Source of the DNA: Angelakisella sp.
Lineage (GTDB): Bacteria; Bacillota; Clostridia; Oscillospirales; Ruminococcaceae
Direction of reading: 5' to 3'
Assembly (NCBI GenBank): GCA_036654695.1
Contig: JAVVRO010000001.1
Span: forward strand, 1-47,123
DNA: 47,123 nucleotides
Every line of letters starts with the position of its first letter. Positions within the stretch are counted from its first letter, which is position 1. Position numbers and translations under genes: made by a program. Positions 42,113 through 47,123 of this stretch are shown one piece after another. The notes beneath the pieces were generated by a model. It worked only from the letters and a program-made list of their open reading frames with translations, was not told where the DNA came from and did no database searches.

Positions 42113-43162
42113 CTACCGTAAAAAGTCAAAGATGGAGGGTGGAATAATCTTGCTGCCCAGTTGCAGTGTCACCATCCATGACATTTCATGGGTTTTGTTG
42201 TAAATCATTTCTTCCTCCAACGGCACTGCTTCCAGCTTTTGCTGTGTCGTCTTAAGGTTAATGCTGTCTCCATCCAGCCGGCTAAGGGTATCATCCAAAA
42301 AGCTGGAGCGTGTGCCCACATCGGTAACTCCCACCAGCAGACGGTCATAAGAGCCTGTCACGGCGGTCAGGTCGCGATCCATCTCGGTAAAATTGCCGTT
42401 TTCCATGTCGGCAATAGTTTTGGACAGCAGCGAGTAAACGTTGTTTGGCATTCCAGTATTCGGGTCAACTCCAAAGCCAAAGGCCTCCATGCCGGAGGTG
42501 GACAGCTTGACCACACTGTTGGTATCCACCTGTGTGCCCACGCCGGAGCCGGCAACGGTCATGCCAAGCCCCACATCAATGTAAATATCCTTATTAAAGT
42601 TAATTTCGGTGTAAACCGGATGGGCAGGGTCGGTGCGATCCACCGTGCTGGGACGTCCCGTTGTCGGGTCTGGCTCCAGCTTGTCAACCTCGTAGCCATG
42701 GTAGGTCAACACACCGCCTGCGTTGTCAAAGGGTGCCTTCCCGGTGCCACTGCCCGCAAAGGTGTACTTTTCGCCAAACTTTGCGTTAGATATCTGTAAA
42801 ATCTCCTGTTGCAGACTTTTTAGCTCGTTGGCAATCAGCTTGCGCTCACTTGCCGGCAGCGTGCCGGTATCGCCCTGCAACAGGCGGTTCTGCACGTTTT
42901 GCATAATGCCGTTGACAATCATCAGGTTGCTTTCGGCCGAGGACAGCTCGCCCTGTGCGCTCTCAATGTTGGCGGTATACTGCTCGTTGCGGTACAGCTT
43001 TTCCCGCACCTCAAAGGCACGCGCGACCTCTGCCGTATTTTCCGAAACACGGGTATACTTTGTACCGGAGGACAGCTTGCGGTTGGATGCGGACAACCGA
43101 CTCAGGTTTCCGCTCATCCGGTCAATATAGCCTCTGGTCATCATCCGCTGTGTAATTCTCAT
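42113..43162 (-). CDS. flgL: Hook-filament junction protein FlgL
   Basis: MRITQRMM, KLSSGTK, NAKFGEKYTFAG, C-terminal SKIIPPSIFDFLR. Confidence 0.93.
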   Translation of the reverse strand: MRITQRMMTRGYIDRMSGNLSRLSASNRKLSSGTKYTRVSENTAEVARAFEVREKLYRNEQYTANIESAQGELSSAESNLMIVNGIMQNVQNRLLQGDTGTLPASERKLIANELKSLQQEILQISNAKFGEKYTFAGSGTGKAPFDNAGGVLTYHGYEVDKLEPDPTTGRPSTVDRTDPAHPVYTEINFNKDIYIDVGLGMTVAGSGVGTQVDTNSVVKLSTSGMEAFGFGVDPNTGMPNNVYSLLSKTIADMENGNFTEMDRDLTAVTGSYDRLLVGVTDVGTRSSFLDDTLSRLDGDSINLKTTQQKLEAVPLEEEMIYNKTHEMSWMVTLQLGSKIIPPSIFDFLR

Positions 43163-43187
43163 CAGGGGTTCCTCCTAGCGCTTACTA

Positions 43188-44702
43188 TTAGCGTCCCACT
43201 ACGCCGGTTCGGTTAATTAACGTATCCAGTGCCTCGTCCAAGGTGGTCATCATACGGCTCATGGCGTTGTAGGCCTTGGTATAGGCCATCATGTCCGCGC
43301 CCTCCTCGTCCATTGACACGCCGGAGACCTGCGCAATGTTGTCCAGCAGGCTGTTGGTAATGGCAGCCGTGGCGCCCAAGCGGCTTTCGTTAAACTGCTT
43401 ATCCTCACCCAAGGTAGTCACATAGCCCTTGACAAAGCCCTCCATAGTGCCCTGAAAGCCCGTATCAAAGCTGATGTCCTTGGAAAACACATTCAGCATC
43501 GACTGGTAGTAGGTGTTGTCATAGGCGCCGTCCGCGCTGGTGGGTAGCAGGATAAAGTTTGGGTTGTCACCCCAATCCTTGGTCACCTGAATGCTGGAAG
43601 CACCCAAATCCTTGCCCTGCTCGAAGCCAAACAGCTGCTTGTAAATGACCTTGCCGTCGGGGTCTGTTTGGGGCTTGTTGGTCACCGGGTCCAGCACCGG
43701 AATGGTGTTGTTAAAGGCATCCGCAAAGGTTCTGGAAAAGGAATCCAGCTGATCCTTGTAGTAGGGGATGCCGCGTTCCAAGCTCTCGTGGTCGCTTTTC
43801 CCCGCGCCGCCCCGCCCGTTAATGACATCCAGCGACGCTTTGAAAATACCGCCGTTGGAGTCAACGCTCGTGCCGTCATCCTGCCATGCCAAGGAAACAG
43901 TATTGTCGCTGTTGCGAATAAAATTGATGGTGGTCGCACGGTTTCCCGTAACCGCCGCGTGCCCTGCCACTGTCACATCAATGGTGTTGTCCGGGTGGGT
44001 AGTCACCGAAATGTCGGCATACTGGGAAAGCTCATCCAACAGGGCGTTGCGCTCGTCAAACAGCTCGTTGGGGCCAAAGTAAGCGGAATTGGTGCCTTCC
44101 TTGGCAAAGGTCTCCTTGGAAATGCTTTCGTTGAGGTTGGCAATCCGTTCCATCAGGGAATTGACGGTTTCGTTGCTGACCTCCAAGTCGTATTGCTGCT
44201 GGTTAGAAATATTGTTGAGCTTAACATCGTACTGGCGCAGCACCTGTGTCAGGCTTTTTGCGGTGGTCAGCACAATGTTTGCGTTGGTGGTGGTGGGTGC
44301 GGAGGCATGGAGTGTCGAGATTGCCTTGTTAAATTTTTCGATGGCTACCTTCAGTCCCGCGCTGTCCACATCGTCCAGCGAGGTTTCCATGTCGCCCAGT
44401 ACCTCGGTCATTTTATTGTAATACCCCACATCGGCGTTTTCCATGCGAAAGCGCTTGTCAAGGTAGGGGTCGCGCACTTGGGTTACACCGTTAATGTCGG
44501 CGCCCTGCCCTGCCAAGGTGTACGGCTTGGCCGCATAGCGCCCCTGGGTTCCTTGGGAGGTAATGGATACCTGATCCAACCGCTGCCGGGTGTAGCCAGT
44601 AACGCCAAGGTTTGAAATGTTATGGGAAACAATGTCCAACCCCTTTTGGTTGAGCATCATGCCGCGTTTTGTAGTCTCGAAGCCCATAAAGGTGGGTCTC
44701 AT
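43188..44702 (-). CDS. flgK: Hook-filament junction protein FlgK
   Basis: SHNISNLGVTGYTRQR, QVRDPYLD, NELFDERNALLDELS, VSGVSMDEEGADMMAYTKAYNA. Confidence 0.96.
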   Translation of the reverse strand: MRPTFMGFETTKRGMMLNQKGLDIVSHNISNLGVTGYTRQRLDQVSITSQGTQGRYAAKPYTLAGQGADINGVTQVRDPYLDKRFRMENADVGYYNKMTEVLGDMETSLDDVDSAGLKVAIEKFNKAISTLHASAPTTTNANIVLTTAKSLTQVLRQYDVKLNNISNQQQYDLEVSNETVNSLMERIANLNESISKETFAKEGTNSAYFGPNELFDERNALLDELSQYADISVTTHPDNTIDVTVAGHAAVTGNRATTINFIRNSDNTVSLAWQDDGTSVDSNGGIFKASLDVINGRGGAGKSDHESLERGIPYYKDQLDSFSRTFADAFNNTIPVLDPVTNKPQTDPDGKVIYKQLFGFEQGKDLGASSIQVTKDWGDNPNFILLPTSADGAYDNTYYQSMLNVFSKDISFDTGFQGTMEGFVKGYVTTLGEDKQFNESRLGATAAITNSLLDNIAQVSGVSMDEEGADMMAYTKAYNAMSRMMTTLDEALDTLINRTGVVGR

Positions 44703-44719
44703 GGCAGTTCATCCTTTCG

Positions 44720-45169
44720 TTACGCCTTGCCCTCCAGCTTGCTGGAATGGACAGGTGCGACCGCGCTTGCCACACTGGTTTTGGCGGTCTGCCGACGAAG
44801 ATTGGTCTGTGCGACCTGCATCGACTTGGCGTTATAGAATTTTATATTTCCAAGGCAAACCGATAACTCGTGGAGCTGCAAGCGCAGCTGTTCTTTCCGT
44901 GCTCCGTCTGTCTTATCCGCAAGCTCCCGCAGGGACATGGCTCCGAAGCCCGCTTCCTGTTGCAGACGAATCCGCTTTTGCTCCAAGTTTTCCAGCTGCT
45001 TGGCATTGGCCTGCGCCGTGGTAATCGCTTTTTCAATTCCCGACAGCTCCCCCGAAAGGAGTAGCTCCAGCTTTTGCGCTTCAAACTGCTCCATCTGGCA
45101 GAAAAAGCTGGTGTATTCGCCCAAGAAACTGAAGAACGACTCGGCGCGGTCATCCTTTACTACAATCAT
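44720..45169 (-). CDS. flgN: Flagellar chaperone FlgN
   Basis: Helical protein between flgM and flgK; LENLEQKRIRL, MSLRELA, IKFYN. Start uncertain (45169 or 45190). Confidence 0.75.
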   Translation of the reverse strand: MIVVKDDRAESFFSFLGEYTSFFCQMEQFEAQKLELLLSGELSGIEKAITTAQANAKQLENLEQKRIRLQQEAGFGAMSLRELADKTDGARKEQLRLQLHELSVCLGNIKFYNAKSMQVAQTNLRRQTAKTSVASAVAPVHSSKLEGKA

Positions 45170-45176
45170 AGCTGTG

Positions 45177-45485
45177 TCAGACAAAGGCATTGAGAATGGC
45201 CTCGGTCAGGCGCTCGGTGGGCACACGGTACTCCCCTGCGGCAACCGACTGGCGCAACTCATCCAGCCGCGCTGTGGAAACGCTGGCTTCCACCTCGGCA
45301 GCGGTGTTGCGAACCAACTTGTCAAGCTCGGTTTTTTGTGCGGCGTTTTGGTGTGCCGCGCTGCTAATGGCAATTCTGTCCTGCTGGGGCATTCCCGGGC
45401 GGGCTTCCTGGGGCTGCGCCGCTTTTGGTGTTACAGCAGGGGTGCGGGTATAGGCTCGAATGGCACCTGTTGCGTCAATTTTCAT
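45177..45485 (-). CDS. flgM: Anti-sigma28 factor FlgM
   Basis: MKI, QDRIAISSAA, RLDELRQSVAAGEYRV...LTEAIL. Confidence 0.9.
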   Translation of the reverse strand: MKIDATGAIRAYTRTPAVTPKAAQPQEARPGMPQQDRIAISSAAHQNAAQKTELDKLVRNTAAEVEASVSTARLDELRQSVAAGEYRVPTERLTEAILNAFV

Positions 45486-45544
45486 ATTCTTTCATCCTTT
45501 CATAAAAAGGGGATTCAGCGAAACGATACTCTCTCTAACTATTA

Positions 45545-45571
45545 CGTTCGTCTAAATGAAGAGGAACTTTA
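45545..45571 (-). promoter_or_regulatory. Probable sigma28 promoter of the flgM operon
   Basis: Minus strand TAAA-N15-GACGAACG; shares the ctaTAAA context with the fliD promoter; -10 imperfect. Confidence 0.65.
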
Positions 45572-45633
45572 TAGTGTTCTAAAAATATTTTTTGAAAATA
45601 CGGCTCTTTTCCCATAAAACAGCTTCCATGCAC

Positions 45634-45662
45634 TTGAAAAAACATTTTTTAAAAGGTACAAT
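45634..45662 (+). promoter_or_regulatory. sigmaA-like promoter upstream of parA
   Basis: TTGAAA-N17-TACAAT. Confidence 0.65.
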
Positions 45663-45663
45663 A

Positions 45664-45690
45664 GAAAGAAAAACTACTATATGCCGATAT
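45664..45690 (+). promoter_or_regulatory. sigma28-like promoter upstream of parA
   Basis: GAAA-N15-GCCGATAT (perfect -10, one mismatch in -35), 24 nt before the ATG. Confidence 0.55.
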
Positions 45691-45714
45691 CCTCGGCGGA
45701 ATGGAGCACTATAT

Positions 45715-46476
45715 ATGGCCACAGTAATCTCCATCTCGAATCAAAAGGGCGGCGTCGGTAAAACTACTACTACCTATGCCCTGTCCGCAATTTTGCAGGA
45801 TAAAGGATTTCGCGTACTGGCAGTCGACCTGGACCCTCAAAGCAATCTGACCTTTTCCATGGCCGCCGACAGCGAAGCCTCCCCCACCATCTACGATGTG
45901 TTTAAGGGGACAGCCAAGGTGCGTCAAGCCATACAGTCCACCGAAATCAGCGATATTATCCCCTCCAACATTCTGCTCAGCGGCGTGGAGCTGGAGTTTA
46001 CCAATCTGGGACGCGAATACATACTAAGCGATGCACTGCGGCCTGTTTTGCCGCTCTACGATTACATTCTAATTGACACTCCGCCGGCGCTTAGCATTCT
46101 GACCATCAACGCCTTTACCACCTCGGACTACATCCTCATGCCAATGCACGCCGACATTTTCAGCTTGCAGGGCATGGCGCAGCTCTATGACACCATTGAG
46201 CGGGTCAAGCTGTACTGCAACCCCAAGCTGCAATACGCTGGTATTTTGCTGACGCGCTGCAACACCCGCACCAAGCTGGCCACCGAGGTGCGCGGCACTG
46301 CCGAGCTGCTATCTAAGGATTTGGGCATCCCGCTATTTACTGTTTCCATCCGCAACAGTGTGGCCATTTCGGAGTCCCAGTCGTTGCAGGAAAACCCGCT
46401 GGACTATGTTTCAAAAAACCCGGTGATGCAGGACTACATTGATTTTGCAGATGAAATGCTGCAAATGGGCATCTAA
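45715..46476 (+). CDS. parA: Orphan ParA/Soj family ATPase
   Basis: Deviant Walker A NQKGGVGKTTT, DLDPQSN, Walker B LIDTPP; RBS GGAG before ATG 45715. Confidence 0.92.
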   Translation: MATVISISNQKGGVGKTTTTYALSAILQDKGFRVLAVDLDPQSNLTFSMAADSEASPTIYDVFKGTAKVRQAIQSTEISDIIPSNILLSGVELEFTNLGREYILSDALRPVLPLYDYILIDTPPALSILTINAFTTSDYILMPMHADIFSLQGMAQLYDTIERVKLYCNPKLQYAGILLTRCNTRTKLATEVRGTAELLSKDLGIPLFTVSIRNSVAISESQSLQENPLDYVSKNPVMQDYIDFADEMLQMGI

Positions 46477-46516
46477 AAGAGCCTGTCTAAAATATACGGA
46501 GGAATGGTGCATCAAC

Positions 46517-47122
46517 ATGGCAAAGGCTAGAAAAGAAATTGACAAAGACGCAATGTATCAAAAAATAATGCCCTCCTCAATGCGGGCAGCGCCTCCGGAG
46601 GAAGCTCCCGAGCTACCTGCCCCGGGAAAGCGCCCGGGAGCTACCGCTCCCCGGCCACGCAAGCCCACCGTGGCAGCCTCTGCCGGAGCAGTCCATGCCC
46701 CTTCCGGTGCTCCGCAACCGGCAGGGCTTGCAGCGGCGCCCCATCACCAGCGGGAGCCGGAATACCCCGACGAGGCAAGGTACCCCCACGAGCCGGTTTA
46801 CACGCCCCAGGCCGTCCCGCCGCCGGTGGTGCCGCAGGGGGTACAGCAAGCTGCCGCACCGCAAAAGCCTGCCGTCATTAACATTATGGAGCAGATGATT
46901 GCGGAAAAGCTGGAGTCGGCCATGGAAAAATTCCGTTGCTGCAACTGTTCCAAATGCAAGCAGGACATTACCGCTCTGGCACTCAACCGTCTGAAGCCCC
47001 GCTACATTATTAATGAACCCATTGCCATTGCCGAAGCACTGGACGACAAGGAAGCCAACACGCAGGTAACCACCGCGTTGGTGCAGGCCATCCTCAAGGT
47101 AAAGTCCAACCCCAGTCACTAA
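46517..47122 (+). CDS. ComFB-domain protein with basic N-terminal peptide and Pro/Ala-rich linker
   Basis: C-terminal VINIMEQMI...CCNCSKCKQDITALALNRLKPRY...VKSNPSH matches the ComFB pattern; RBS GGAGG at 46498. Confidence 0.85.
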   Translation: MAKARKEIDKDAMYQKIMPSSMRAAPPEEAPELPAPGKRPGATAPRPRKPTVAASAGAVHAPSGAPQPAGLAAAPHHQREPEYPDEARYPHEPVYTPQAVPPPVVPQGVQQAAAPQKPAVINIMEQMIAEKLESAMEKFRCCNCSKCKQDITALALNRLKPRYIINEPIAIAEALDDKEANTQVTTALVQAILKVKSNPSH

Positions 47123-47123
47123 A

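Noticed and set aside
45715-46476. ParA as a relocated FlhG/MinD or the chromosomal Soj
   Set aside because: Motifs are Soj-like (NQKGGVGKTTT, DLDPQ, DTPP) rather than FlhG-like (SGKGGVGK, DADxG); no membrane-targeting tail and no adjacent parB in the window.
503-47119. Many long antisense or alternate-frame ORFs (e.g. 19793-20884, 22898-23818, 31676-32860, 37027-37989, 43668-44615)
   Set aside because: They shadow well-supported genes in GC-rich coding sequence and show no recognisable motifs.

Overview
A nearly complete flagellar and chemotaxis gene cluster of Firmicutes type. FliY, CheC/CheD, FliW/CsrA, no L/P-ring genes and an NPxTG/SrtB pair point to a clostridial, possibly Oscillospiraceae-like, host (inference). 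Layout: (+) 5'-truncated cheA-cheW-cheR-cheB converges on a terminator with a long (-) operon fliE-F-G-H-I-J-K-flgD-TIGR02530-flgE-flbD-motAB-fliM-fliY-cheY-fliOPQR-flhBA-fliA-flgF-flgG-cheC-cheD-fapA. Upstream on (-) lie a separately promoted flgBC, a 1483-aa cadherin-like-repeat surface protein plus class B sortase, fliD-fliS with a consensus sigma28 promoter, a FlgN/FliT-like gene, and flgM-flgN-flgK-flgL-yviE-fliW-csrA. On (+) lie an inverted degenerate PilZ-like gene and a divergent orphan ParA with a ComFB-domain partner. Flagellin, fliL, flhF/flhG and chemoreceptors are absent from the window. Strongest leads: (1) a sortase substrate whose NPNTG motif lacks the membrane anchor and charged tail and follows a candidate H-x-S autoproteolysis motif; (2) a structured flgE leader next to a TIGR02530 protein with a FliE-like export signal; (3) a ParA/ComFB pair with a sigma28-like promoter in a cluster lacking FlhFG. 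Family assignments come from motif recognition by eye; no searches were run.
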